Shown: positions 1 to 9,283 of the stretch, piece after piece
Layout of the letters: every line of letters starts with the position of its first letter
How positions within the stretch are numbered: the stretch's first letter is position 1
The notes under the pieces: generated by a model
Databases searched by the model: none
Told to the model about the DNA's origin: nothing
The model's input: only the letters and a program-made list of their open reading frames with translations
Assembly: GCA_027320085.1 (NCBI GenBank)
Contig: DAHVLZ010000019.1
Coordinates: 87,912 to 151,911, forward strand
Direction: 5' to 3'
DNA: 64,000 bases
Origin: Pseudomonadota bacterium
Lineage (GTDB): Bacteria; Pseudomonadota; Gammaproteobacteria; JAKAQQ01
Made by a program: the position numbers and the translations under genes

Positions 1-1015
1 GCAGACCGCCATCGGTGGATTCGTACATCGCGGTATTGAGGACGTAGACCACCCGCGCATTGCGTGGATTCACGTAAACTCCGCCAAAATACCAGCCCCG
101 TCCCCACAGCCGATGGGTGTGGTTGATGAGGGTCCAGTGATGGCCTCCGTCGGTTGAACGATACAGTCCGCCACCCTGACGGGCACTGACGATGGCATAA
201 AACAGTCGCCCGTTGCCGGCGATGGCGAGCCCGATCCGGCCGGGATGGTGGGGCAGGCCAACCGTCCGGAGCGGTTGCCAATGCTGTCCACCGTCCATGG
301 AACGCCAGATCCCGCTGCCCGCACCCTGCAGGGGCGGGTACTGGCTCCAGGGGGGGCGGACCGCGTTCCAGAGCACGGCGTAGAGTTCATCGCGGGGATC
401 ACGGGGGTTCGCGATCAGCTGGATCGCTCCGGTTAGGTCATTGTGGTAAAGCACCCGTGTCCAGTGACGACCACCATCCGTGGTCCGGAAGACGCCCCGT
501 GTCCGGTTGGGTCCGAAAGCATGCCCCATGGCGGCGACCACGACGATGTTGGGGTTTTGGGGATTGACCCAGATGGAACTGATTTGCTGGCTTTGGACCA
601 GCCCGATCCGGTGCCAGGTGAGCCCACCGTTGTCCGAGCGGAACATGCCGCCTCCGGTCGAGAGATCGGACCGCATGTCCGCCTCGCCGGTTCCGGCGTA
701 GAGGATCCGGGGATTGGACGGGGCTACGGCGAGGGCGCCAATCGAGGAGACGGGCTCATGCTGGAAAAGCGGATGCCAGACGGTCCCGCCGTCGGTCGTC
801 TTGAAGATGCCTCCATCGACGGACCCGAAATAGTAGGTTTCGGGCTCGTCGGAAACCCCCGCCACCGCGAGCACGCGCCCGCCCCGGGTGGGGCCGATGA
901 AACGCCAGTGAAGGCCTTGGTAGAGGCTTTGCGGCATGGCCTGGACTGAAGGAGCCAGGCAGAAACCCAACAGGACGAGGAAAGCAAGGCGGAAACGAAA
1001 ACGGGACATGGACAT
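1..1015 (-). CDS. Secreted BNR/Asp-box repeat protein (Ycf48- or sortilin-like beta-propeller). The 5' part lies in the window; the CDS runs off the window start.
   Basis: Read by eye from the reverse complement. A start ATG at 1013-1015 is followed by a signal peptide (MSMSRFRFRLAFLVLLGFCLAPSVQA) and repeated S/TxDGGxxW BNR motifs (TTDGGTVW, SDNGGLTW, TTDGGRHW, SMDGGQHW, STDGGHHW). There is no stop before position 1. Confidence 0.75.
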   Translation of the reverse strand, partial: MSMSRFRFRLAFLVLLGFCLAPSVQAMPQSLYQGLHWRFIGPTRGGRVLAVAGVSDEPETYYFGSVDGGIFKTTDGGTVWHPLFQHEPVSSIGALAVAPSNPRILYAGTGEADMRSDLSTGGGMFRSDNGGLTWHRIGLVQSQQISSIWVNPQNPNIVVVAAMGHAFGPNRTRGVFRTTDGGRHWTRVLYHNDLTGAIQLIANPRDPRDELYAVLWNAVRPPWSQYPPLQGAGSGIWRSMDGGQHWQPLRTVGLPHHPGRIGLAIAGNGRLFYAIVSARQGGGLYRSTDGGHHWTLINHTHRLWGRGWYFGGVYVNPRNARVVYVLNTAMYESTDGGL

Positions 1016-1146
1016 ACCCTCCACGGGACGGTTCCGGGCGTCCGCCTGATTCTATCACCCGGGTTTGCGCTCGCGGGCGGAAGCTCGAGGCGACGGGGTT
1101 TTTGCGATTCGGGTAAGCTCACGGTCTCGCCGCGAGTCTGTCCCCG

Positions 1147-2025
1147 GTGTCCCCGAACGAACCTCCGAGCATCGTCGTCCAGCGCCTTCCGGCCAATCGC
1201 AAGGGACGGGATTTTGTCCTGAGCGATGTGCATGGGTGCCGGAATACCCTTGAGCGGCTTTTGAACCGCGTCCGCTTCGACGCCGCCCGGGACCGGTTGC
1301 TGTCCGTGGGCGACCTGATCGATCGCGGACCCGAGTCGATGGCCTGTCTCGACTTTCTGGATGAGCCCTGGTTCCACGCGGTGCAGGGCAATCACGAGCA
1401 GATGCTGCTCCATTTCTGTGCGCGGTCGATGGCGGAGGGCGGGCGCGTGATTTGGGAAGAGAACGATGATTTTCTCCTGAATGGGGGCTACTGGATCGAG
1501 CGCGAACTGGTGGACCGTCGCCGGCGTCTGGGGACACGTCTCATGGAGGTCCTGGAAACCGTGGGGCGTCTGCCCCACATCCTGGTGGTCGGGGAGGGGG
1601 CGGAACGCTATCAGGTCATTCATGCCGAACTTTCCCAGTCGAGCCTCGATTACGAGCCGCCGGTTTACGGGGACCGGGATATCGACCAGTCATTTGAAAA
1701 CCTGGGTCCGGGGGAGCGTGAACAGCTCGGTGAAACCCTGACCTGGGGACGTCGGATCATGCACCTTCGTTCAAAGCGGAGCTGGCCCGAGCGTCATTCT
1801 GACCTGTCCGTCACCTACTGTGGGCATACGCCGTCACCGGAGGTGCGCCGGCGGCTGTCCCATGTCTGTATCGACACCGGAGGATATCTGCCGCTGGTTT
1901 CCGGGGAACGGATCGACCAGGAGTGGGGACTGACCATGATTGAGCCGGCGACCGACACGGTGTATTTCGCACAGACGGATGAGCGACCCGGCTGGGCCGC
2001 ATGGCGCGGCCGGACTTATCGGTGA
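1147..2025 (+). CDS. Calcineurin-like metallophosphoesterase, a Ser/Thr protein phosphatase (PPP or ApaH-like).
   Basis: Provided ORF. It carries the phosphoesterase signature motifs DVHGC, GDLIDRGP and GNHE. Confidence 0.85.
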   Translation: MSPNEPPSIVVQRLPANRKGRDFVLSDVHGCRNTLERLLNRVRFDAARDRLLSVGDLIDRGPESMACLDFLDEPWFHAVQGNHEQMLLHFCARSMAEGGRVIWEENDDFLLNGGYWIERELVDRRRRLGTRLMEVLETVGRLPHILVVGEGAERYQVIHAELSQSSLDYEPPVYGDRDIDQSFENLGPGEREQLGETLTWGRRIMHLRSKRSWPERHSDLSVTYCGHTPSPEVRRRLSHVCIDTGGYLPLVSGERIDQEWGLTMIEPATDTVYFAQTDERPGWAAWRGRTYR

Positions 2026-2294
2026 GGATCGCGGGCGCGCGAGGGGAAGTAGCCCGGGATCCGGTGAATCGTCGCAGCCGGACCGTAGCGGTTGTAGAGG
2101 TGGAGGAGCGGATCCTTCAGGGTCAGGCTGATCGCCATGATGAGATAGCCCCCGAGTGCCACGAGCCCGAGACTGATCCGCACGCGGGAGCGGGCCAGCT
2201 TCGGGAATCGCTGCGGTCGGATCAGCACGATGGCCAGCAGGAAAAATGCTGCGATCGAAAGGATCAGGAAAAAGGCAACGACAAAAGACCACAT
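2016..2294 (-). CDS. Small membrane protein with two transmembrane helices, hypothetical.
   Basis: ORF 2016..2339 trimmed to the internal Met (MWSFVVAFFLIL...), which is preceded by a GGAG ribosome-binding site. It has two hydrophobic helices and overlaps the phosphatase stop by 10 nt. Confidence 0.45.
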   Translation of the reverse strand: MWSFVVAFFLILSIAAFFLLAIVLIRPQRFPKLARSRVRISLGLVALGGYLIMAISLTLKDPLLHLYNRYGPAATIHRIPGYFPSRARDPHR

Positions 2295-2413
2295 GGAACG
2301 CTCCGCCTCCGCGGAAAACCGGACAGGACAAAACCGCACATCGGGAACCCGCGTGCGCGGGGACCGCGTGACGGAGTGGATTCATCATACTCGATTTACC
2401 GGACGGACTGCGG

Positions 2414-3706
2414 ATGATCCGGGTGGGGACGCTTCCCCAAAAGTTTGCGGGAATGCTCCGGCTCCCGGGCAGCAAGTACGTTGCCAATCGTGCCTTCCTC
2501 ATGGCTGCACTCGCCCGGGGAACCAGTGTGATCGAAAACGCCCCGGACAACCAGGACATAGAACGGGCGCGTGATTTCGGTTTTTTCCTCGGTGCCGATC
2601 TTTGCCGGGACGGGGAGGAGTGGCTGGTTCGAGGTGTTGCAGGATGCCCGGAATGGAGAAAACCAAAGGTGTTTTTCTGTGGCGAGAGCGGGACCCTGGC
2701 CCGCTGGGCTTTGGCCCTGGCCACACTGTCTTCAGATCCGATCCGGCTCGAGGGTGCCCCGCGACTCCAGGAACGGCCGATGGCGGAACTGGTGTCTGTG
2801 CTCATGAACCTGGGTGCGCGGATCGAGCCGGAAAACGCAAGGGGATTGCCGCTTTCGATATCGGGACCCCTGCGCGGTGGACGGGTGACGCTTTCAGGAC
2901 AGGTCAGCAGTCAGTTTGGCAGCGCCCTCCTCACGCTGGCACCCCTTTTGCCGGAGGGGCTGGTCATCGATTTCACCCATCCCCCCGTTTCCCGGAGCTA
3001 TCTCGAACTCACGCTCGAAACCCTGCGGACCTTTGGCGTCTCGGGAAGATGCGATCCGGACTGGCATCTCGAGGTTCCGGGCGGACAGCACTACCGGGCG
3101 ACCCGCATCCGGATTGACCCGGATCCGGTCCTCGCGGGCTACTTCATGGCGTTGCCGGCCGTACTGGGCGGCAGCCTCCACCTGCCCGGCTTTTTCCCCA
3201 AGGATGCGGGTGAGGGGAGAGTGGCCACGCTCCTCTCCCGCATGGGTCTGTCGGTCCGCGCCGGCGCGGAGGGTCTCACGGTTCTTGCCTCCGGAGAACC
3301 GCTCTGTGCCTTGGGGACCGTGGATCTGTCGGATGCGCCCGATGGGGTCCCCACGCTGGCCGTTCTCGCTGCACTGGCGGAATCCGGGACCACCCGGTTT
3401 ACCGGCATCGGTCATTTGCGGTACAAGGAATCCGACCGGCTCCTGGATCTGGCCCGCGAGATGGTCGCGGCGGGCCTCAACGTCCGGGTCGAGGCCGGAG
3501 ACTTGGTCATTCACGGGGGCGGGCGATTGCAGCCGGTGGTTTTGGACGCGCATGGGGATCACCGGCTGGCCATGAGTTTTGCCCTACTGGCGGTGGCCTG
3601 TCCCGGGCTTTCCATCCGCGGGGAAGCCAGTGTCGGGAAGTCTTCCCCGGATTTCTGGCGTAGACTCGAATCCCTCGGTATTTCCTGGGTTCCCGCCCGT
3701 GACTGA
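2414..3706 (+). CDS. aroA: 3-phosphoshikimate 1-carboxyvinyltransferase (EPSP synthase).
   Basis: The N-terminal LPGSKYVANRAFLMAALARGTSVIEN matches the AroA LPGSKSxSNRALLLAALA signature. Length is 430 aa, with an enolpyruvyl transferase fold pattern. Confidence 0.8.
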   Translation: MIRVGTLPQKFAGMLRLPGSKYVANRAFLMAALARGTSVIENAPDNQDIERARDFGFFLGADLCRDGEEWLVRGVAGCPEWRKPKVFFCGESGTLARWALALATLSSDPIRLEGAPRLQERPMAELVSVLMNLGARIEPENARGLPLSISGPLRGGRVTLSGQVSSQFGSALLTLAPLLPEGLVIDFTHPPVSRSYLELTLETLRTFGVSGRCDPDWHLEVPGGQHYRATRIRIDPDPVLAGYFMALPAVLGGSLHLPGFFPKDAGEGRVATLLSRMGLSVRAGAEGLTVLASGEPLCALGTVDLSDAPDGVPTLAVLAALAESGTTRFTGIGHLRYKESDRLLDLAREMVAAGLNVRVEAGDLVIHGGGRLQPVVLDAHGDHRLAMSFALLAVACPGLSIRGEASVGKSSPDFWRRLESLGISWVPARD

Positions 3707-3815
3707 CCAGACGAAGAAAGATGGAACGGGGATGCCTGAACCCGGGATTGATGGGGGGGCTCCAGCCCGGGCGGTTTCAGGTGGCGGAAACTTTGGGGTG
3801 GGACGGTGTCTCCCC

Positions 3816-4262
3816 ATGCGGTCCGGTTTAGTCGTGCTCCTCATGATCGGGCTTGCGGCATGCAACATGACCGGTTCCGCATCCGGACATTTAGGACGCG
3901 ACCGGAACCCCAGCCCGGTCACCGCTCCGGGCAAGACTTCCCGGGTGCTCCCGGCCCCAGTCACCCGTTTGACGTTACGCGTGCTGGCCCGGATGCGGGC
4001 CGGGCAGGATCCGGCGGTGCTCAGTGAAGCGGGGCGCTGGCAAGTCGACCGGAAGGGACGCTTGGATCTCGTGATCCGGCTCCAGGGGCATTGGGCCCCG
4101 CTGGTCCGCTGGATCCGGCATCAGGGGGGGCGGGTTGTGGCCGTGGTTCCCCTGGTGCACGAGTGCGAGGCCTGGATTCCGGCGGATCAGGTGGCTCGTC
4201 TGTCCCGGAGACCAGGGGTGGTTCTTGTCCGGTTTCCGCATTATGCTATGAACCGAAGGTAA
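3816..4262 (+). CDS. Lipoprotein, hypothetical.
   Basis: ORF 3579..4262 trimmed to Met 3816, because the longer form overlaps aroA. The new N-terminus MRSGLVVLLMIGLAAC is a lipobox signal peptide. Confidence 0.5.
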   Translation: MRSGLVVLLMIGLAACNMTGSASGHLGRDRNPSPVTAPGKTSRVLPAPVTRLTLRVLARMRAGQDPAVLSEAGRWQVDRKGRLDLVIRLQGHWAPLVRWIRHQGGRVVAVVPLVHECEAWIPADQVARLSRRPGVVLVRFPHYAMNRR

Positions 4263-4274
4263 GGAGTATTCATC

Positions 4275-6341
4275 ATGATGAAAGCTGTTTTCAGACTGGT
4301 TGTCGCGTTCGGGCTCGTCACAGCCTCGATCGGACTGGCCAAGGCCGGCAACAACCCGGTGAACCTAAGCAAGCTGGCGCCCGCCCTGCGGGAGGTGGCG
4401 AATGCGGCCCATGCGCCTCAGGCTCTCGCACGTGTGCAGGCGGAAGGCTATGTGTCAGGGTTGAGCAATGAGGTCCGGCCGGCTCCCGGCCAGGTCCGGT
4501 GGAATCGGGAGGGTGCGGTCCAGGTGGACGTGCGCTTTGCCACACCGCTCGCTCTCGGGGCCACACAAGCGTCCTTGCGTGCACTGGGTGCGCGCGGACT
4601 CGTCACCGACCCGTACAACAGCATTGCCGAGATGTGGCTGTCTCCGGCCAGCCTGATGCAAGTGGCGGCCCTGCCCGGTGTCCAGGCGATCACGGTGCCG
4701 CACTATGCGGTGGTGAGACGGGAGGTCGCCTACGGATCGAATCCAACCTACTACGATACCGCGGGGTCGAATGCCTTGGGAGCCGTTGCCTTCGCCAATG
4801 CGACGGGGGATATCGGGTCGGGAATCAGCGTCGGGGTGATTTCGGATGGCGCCCAGGACTACCAGACGGATGTCCAGCAGGGGTACCTTCCGAGCACTGT
4901 CTGGATTGATCCCAATGACTCGAAATACAAATCGTCGGGGAACGAGGGCGCTGCCATGATGCAGATCGTCTACGACTCGGCGCCCGGCGTGAAACTCGGA
5001 TTTTGTGGGCCGTCGACGGACATCCAATTCCTCTCCTGCCTGAGCGACTTCGAGAGTTCGTCCTTCAAGGCCAACATCATTGTGGACGACCTCGGTTTCC
5101 CGGGGGTGGCCATGTTCCAGAACGGGACGTTTGCGACGGGAGTCGCGAGTTTTGCCCAGTCCAACCCGAGCGTCCACCTGGTCACCGCAGCCGGCAACGA
5201 CAACCAGGCCTTCTGGCAGGGGACGTTCACGCCGATGACCCTGAGTACCCCGCTGACTCTGAATGGGGTTACCTATACGGAAGCCAACAATTTCGGGACC
5301 AGTGCCAATCCCAATCCTTATGCAGATGTGGGCATCGCGTCAACCGACACTGATTACTGGATTCTGGAATGGGCCGATCCTTGGGAAAGCCCGGTCGGGG
5401 ATTACGATGTGGTGGTCTATGCCCAAAAGCCGGGTGGGACGCCCGTGGCCTGCAACCAGGGTGACCAGATCGATTCGACGGGCTGCTCGTTTTCGACCAC
5501 GCCCGGTACGAGCCCGGGACCCAATCCGGTCCAGGGGAATGCCTATAAGAATACCGCGACGACTGCCCAGATCCTCTACATCGAGGTCCTGCTGCGCAAC
5601 AGCACGACACCGAGTACCTCGCTCAAGCTCCTGACCGGATCGGTGAGTTCCCACGCGCTTTTCCTGAACCCGGATTCCCCGAACGGCAGCATCTATGGGC
5701 AGTCCGCCCTGCCCCAGGAGTTTACGGTCGGCGCCATGGATGTCGATGAAGTGGGTAGCAGCACCGCGAAGATCGAACACTACAGTTCGACCGGTCCGGT
5801 TGATTTCGAGTACTCCTCCCTCACCTCGACGACCCCCTCGCCCACTTCGATTCCCAAACCGGACATCACGGGGGTGGACGGGGTCACGATCAACCCGCTG
5901 AGCGGTTTCACCCCGCCCTTTTTTGGCACGTCGGCGGCCGCGCCCCACATTGCAGCGCTCATGGCCCTGCTTCTCCAGCACGCCCCCACTACCAATCCCG
6001 AATCGACCCTGAAGACGGTTTCCAGCCTCCCCGGGGGGGCACCTGCGACCGGGGCCAGTAGCATTTATGGTGCCGGTGTGCCCTGCCTTGCGAAACTGAC
6101 GGCTGCGGGTGTTTCGGCCTGCAATCCCGACTCGACGGCTACCATCACGGTGGGTGGCAGTTCCTCTTCCGGGAGCAGCAGCTCGAGTTCCGGTGGGGGA
6201 GGGGGGGGGCTGGGTCCGATCGTCCTTCTCCTGCTGGCCGGTTTTGCGTGGGGTGGTGGATGGGCAAGCCGCCGGCGGAAGGGTGTTGGGTGTCCAACCG
6301 ATCGGGGAGGGCCACGAAATTCGGCGCTGTCATTGGAATAG
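4275..6341 (+). CDS. Secreted subtilisin-like serine protease (peptidase S8) with a Gly/Ser-rich linker and a C-terminal membrane-anchor or sorting-signal-like tail.
   Basis: It has a signal peptide, an Asp motif VGVISDG, an oxyanion/His region HLVTAAGN, and the catalytic Ser motif GTSAAAPHIAALMALL. The C-terminus reads GGSSSSGSSSSSSGGGGGGLGPIVLLLLAGFAWGGGWASRRRKG. Confidence 0.85.
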   Translation: MMKAVFRLVVAFGLVTASIGLAKAGNNPVNLSKLAPALREVANAAHAPQALARVQAEGYVSGLSNEVRPAPGQVRWNREGAVQVDVRFATPLALGATQASLRALGARGLVTDPYNSIAEMWLSPASLMQVAALPGVQAITVPHYAVVRREVAYGSNPTYYDTAGSNALGAVAFANATGDIGSGISVGVISDGAQDYQTDVQQGYLPSTVWIDPNDSKYKSSGNEGAAMMQIVYDSAPGVKLGFCGPSTDIQFLSCLSDFESSSFKANIIVDDLGFPGVAMFQNGTFATGVASFAQSNPSVHLVTAAGNDNQAFWQGTFTPMTLSTPLTLNGVTYTEANNFGTSANPNPYADVGIASTDTDYWILEWADPWESPVGDYDVVVYAQKPGGTPVACNQGDQIDSTGCSFSTTPGTSPGPNPVQGNAYKNTATTAQILYIEVLLRNSTTPSTSLKLLTGSVSSHALFLNPDSPNGSIYGQSALPQEFTVGAMDVDEVGSSTAKIEHYSSTGPVDFEYSSLTSTTPSPTSIPKPDITGVDGVTINPLSGFTPPFFGTSAAAPHIAALMALLLQHAPTTNPESTLKTVSSLPGGAPATGASSIYGAGVPCLAKLTAAGVSACNPDSTATITVGGSSSSGSSSSSSGGGGGGLGPIVLLLLAGFAWGGGWASRRRKGVGCPTDRGGPRNSALSLE

Positions 6342-6397
6342 ATTCGGGTGGAATAGATTCCGGGTGATTCAGCCTGACCGCCCAGGGCGGGGAAGCT

Positions 6398-9259
6398 TTG
6401 AGCCCCAAGGTTGAGGGCCCGTCTGTTCCACCGATGGTGCCAGATGCCGGTGGCTGGGTTGTTTTGGGCTGGCCTGCAGGGAGGATTCTCGGGGTCAGCC
6501 AAACCGTTGCCTCTGATTTCCAGGTTCTGAAAGAGGGTGCGGAACCTTCTTCGGATCGTCCCTCCACCGAATCCGGATTGCGCGATTGGCTGATCCGCGC
6601 GGTTCAGGAAAGCCAGAAAACAAACCCCCAACCACAGGATCCCCTCTCATCGCCAAACGGTCGGACCTGGTGGCTGTCAGGACATCCTGAACCCCTGGTT
6701 TTCAAGGGGCTTTCTTCATTTCTACTGAATCTCGTCGATCGGTCGCCCGCGCTCTCCGCACAGGTTCAGGATGGGTTTTCGGAAGAGGAGAGTCCGGATC
6801 GAGAGAATGCTTTCCTCAAGGAGCGCTACGACGTTTTGGTCGAGCACAGCCAGGACGGCGTGTTCCTGGCCCATGAGGGACGGTATCTCTACGTCAACCA
6901 GACCTATGCCAATATGCTGGGTTATTCCCGTGAGGAGATGGAAGGCTCTTCGTTCCTGCGTTTCATCGCCCCGGAGGAGCATGTTCGCATGCTCGAGATC
7001 TGGCGGGAGCGGGAAGCCGGCCGCTGGGAAAAGTCCACCTATGAAATGTTTCTGCTCAAAAAGGACGGAAAGACCCGGGTTCTGGCGTCAGTCCGGTCCG
7101 GCCCCATTTTTTTCAATGGCAAGCTCTCGAGTACCGGGACCATCCGGGACATCACGGCGGAGCGGAGTGCCGCGCGGGCCTTGCGGAAGATCGAGAGAGA
7201 CTACCAGGCGATTTTCGAGAACTCGCTGATCGGAATCTATCAGAGCCTGCCCGAAGGTCGATTCCGGACGGCTAACGAGTCACTGGCGCGCATGCTGGGT
7301 TACGGAAGCGCCCATCAGCTCGTGGAGCAGGTCCAGAACATCGCCAATCTCTTTGTGGATCCGGCCGACCGCTTGCGGCTCAATCAACGGCTGGATAGTG
7401 ATGACCATGTGACCGGATACGAACTGCGGTTGCGTCGGCGGGACGGAACACTGCTTTTCGCGGAAGCCAGCTCCCGTTCCATCCGGCGCAAGGATGGAAG
7501 CTTGGCCTATTACGAAGGCTCGCTCGTGGATGTGACCGAACGGAAACGGGCGGAAGCGGCCTTGATGCGATCGGAAATGCGGTATCGGACACTCGTCGAG
7601 AACAGCCATGTCGGCGTCTTCATCCTGGAAAAGAATCGCTTCGTATACGTCAATGAATCGTTTGCCCATATGCTCGGATGGGAATCGGAACAATTGGTGG
7701 GTCAGTCGTTCCGGGACTTGGTGCTGCCGAAGCTGCAGTCCGTGTGCGACGAATGTCTGGGCCGCCTGGCCCGTGCAGAATCCACCGTCGAATCGCGCGA
7801 ATGGTCCTTGGTCCACCGGGATCCGGCAGTGGTTCCGACGGCGCTGGTCAGCATGCAGAGTCTCGTGACCGATCTGGGCACGATTCTCATGGGCACTTCC
7901 GTCGATATTACCGAGCGCAAACGGATCGAGGCGCGCCTGATCCATCAAGCCGGACACGATCCCCTGACCGGTTTGCCTAACCGCGTTCTTTTCAGTGAAC
8001 AACTCGATCAAGCAATCCGGGGATTCGAGCCCGATCAGCGTCCCTATGCGGTCCTCTTGTTTGAAGTCGATACGTATCAACTGGTCAATGACAGTCTGGG
8101 CTACGTCGCCGGCGACGAGTTGCTCATCCGGGTCGCGCATCGACTGGAGCAAACCACAGGAACCCGGGCCTTTGTCTCTCGTCTCGAGGGCAGCGAGTTT
8201 GCTTTGCTGCTTTCCGTGCAGACCGTGGCCCAGGTCCGGGCCATGGTCGAGCAGATTCGCCAGAGTTTTTCCAAGCCCTTTACCGTCCTGGAACGGGAGA
8301 TTTTCACCCAGGTCCACATGGGGATCGTTTGGGGGGAGTCCAGCTACCAAGACAGCAATGCGGTTCTCCGGGACGCCGATACGGCGCTATCCGTCGCCCG
8401 CCTCCACAGTGATACCGGCTACGCTCTTTTTGACCGCCGCATGCGGCAAGAGGTTGTTCGGCGACTCAACCTTGAATCCGAGCTCAGGGCGGCCTTGATC
8501 CGGCAGGAGTTTCGTGTGCTTTACCAGCCGGTTGTTGAGCTGGACACGGGCCGGATGGTGGGGGTCGAGGCGCTTTTACGCTGGCAACGTCGCCCGAGCG
8601 AGCAGGTTTCGCCCCAGGTGTTCCTGTCCATCGCCGAAGAGATCGGCCTGATCATCCCGATTGGCATCCACTGCCTGCAGCAAATCTGCGAGACGGTTGT
8701 ACGCTGGAAGCACGAATACTCCTCAGCCGCCGAGTTGGTGGTTAATTTCAATCTGTCCCATCGCCAGTTTGTCGACCCCCTGTTCTGGGATCTCATGAGC
8801 AGCGTGCTCAGTGAGAGTCGCTTTCCGCCGAAGTATTTTCAGGTTGAAATCACGGAAAACGTTCTTCTGGGACAGGATCGTGGACTTTGGTTGCAGCTTG
8901 AGAAACTGTTGGGGATGGGGGCGAAGCTGGCCCTGGATGACTTTGGAACCGGATATTCCTCCCTCAGCTACCTCCACGATCTGCCATTGAGCAGCCTCAA
9001 GATTGACCGCTCATTTACCCTTGATCTTGAAGACAATCCACGACACCAAACAATCGTCCAAGCGATTTTGCGTCTTGCCAACGATCTTAACTTCAAAGCG
9101 ATTGTGGAAGGGATTGAAGAGGTGGGACAGCTCCGGGCCCTGCAGAAGGCCGGAGCGCGTTTTGGTCAGGGATATTACTTCGCTCCGGCCTTGACTGTGT
9201 CCGAACTGGAGGCTGGTCTTGCGGAAGGGGCCTGCTTTCCCCGCCCAGTGCTGCACTAA
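6398..9259 (+). CDS. PAS/PAC sensor protein with GGDEF and EAL domains, likely a c-di-GMP phosphodiesterase with a degenerate cyclase domain.
   Basis: It has repeated PAS segments. The GGDEF-domain core (DPLTGLPNR...) has EGSEF in place of GGDEF. The EAL domain has EALLRWQ and DDFGTGYSSL. The start codon is uncertain. Confidence 0.85.
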   Translation: MSPKVEGPSVPPMVPDAGGWVVLGWPAGRILGVSQTVASDFQVLKEGAEPSSDRPSTESGLRDWLIRAVQESQKTNPQPQDPLSSPNGRTWWLSGHPEPLVFKGLSSFLLNLVDRSPALSAQVQDGFSEEESPDRENAFLKERYDVLVEHSQDGVFLAHEGRYLYVNQTYANMLGYSREEMEGSSFLRFIAPEEHVRMLEIWREREAGRWEKSTYEMFLLKKDGKTRVLASVRSGPIFFNGKLSSTGTIRDITAERSAARALRKIERDYQAIFENSLIGIYQSLPEGRFRTANESLARMLGYGSAHQLVEQVQNIANLFVDPADRLRLNQRLDSDDHVTGYELRLRRRDGTLLFAEASSRSIRRKDGSLAYYEGSLVDVTERKRAEAALMRSEMRYRTLVENSHVGVFILEKNRFVYVNESFAHMLGWESEQLVGQSFRDLVLPKLQSVCDECLGRLARAESTVESREWSLVHRDPAVVPTALVSMQSLVTDLGTILMGTSVDITERKRIEARLIHQAGHDPLTGLPNRVLFSEQLDQAIRGFEPDQRPYAVLLFEVDTYQLVNDSLGYVAGDELLIRVAHRLEQTTGTRAFVSRLEGSEFALLLSVQTVAQVRAMVEQIRQSFSKPFTVLEREIFTQVHMGIVWGESSYQDSNAVLRDADTALSVARLHSDTGYALFDRRMRQEVVRRLNLESELRAALIRQEFRVLYQPVVELDTGRMVGVEALLRWQRRPSEQVSPQVFLSIAEEIGLIIPIGIHCLQQICETVVRWKHEYSSAAELVVNFNLSHRQFVDPLFWDLMSSVLSESRFPPKYFQVEITENVLLGQDRGLWLQLEKLLGMGAKLALDDFGTGYSSLSYLHDLPLSSLKIDRSFTLDLEDNPRHQTIVQAILRLANDLNFKAIVEGIEEVGQLRALQKAGARFGQGYYFAPALTVSELEAGLAEGACFPRPVLH

Positions 9260-9270
9260 GCACTGGGCGG
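9241..9270. terminator. Probable bidirectional terminator hairpin between convergent genes.
   Basis: An 11-bp perfect stem, ccgcccagtgc ... gcactgggcgg, with an 8-nt loop. It spans the stop codon of the GGDEF-EAL gene and lies 14 nt from the stop of the convergent gene. Confidence 0.5.
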
Positions 9271-9283
9271 TCCGAGCAGCTAG

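Noticed and set aside
724-1623. A 299-aa minus-strand ORF, plus other minus-strand ORFs at 756..1058 and 1055..1537.
   Set aside because: They overlap the well-supported BNR-repeat CDS (1..1015) and the phosphatase gene on the opposite strand. Their composition is Arg/Pro-rich, typical of antisense frames in high-GC DNA.
3579-4262. A 227-aa plus-strand ORF starting inside aroA.
   Set aside because: Its N-terminal 79 codons overlap the aroA 3' end in another frame. It was trimmed to the lipoprotein start at 3816.
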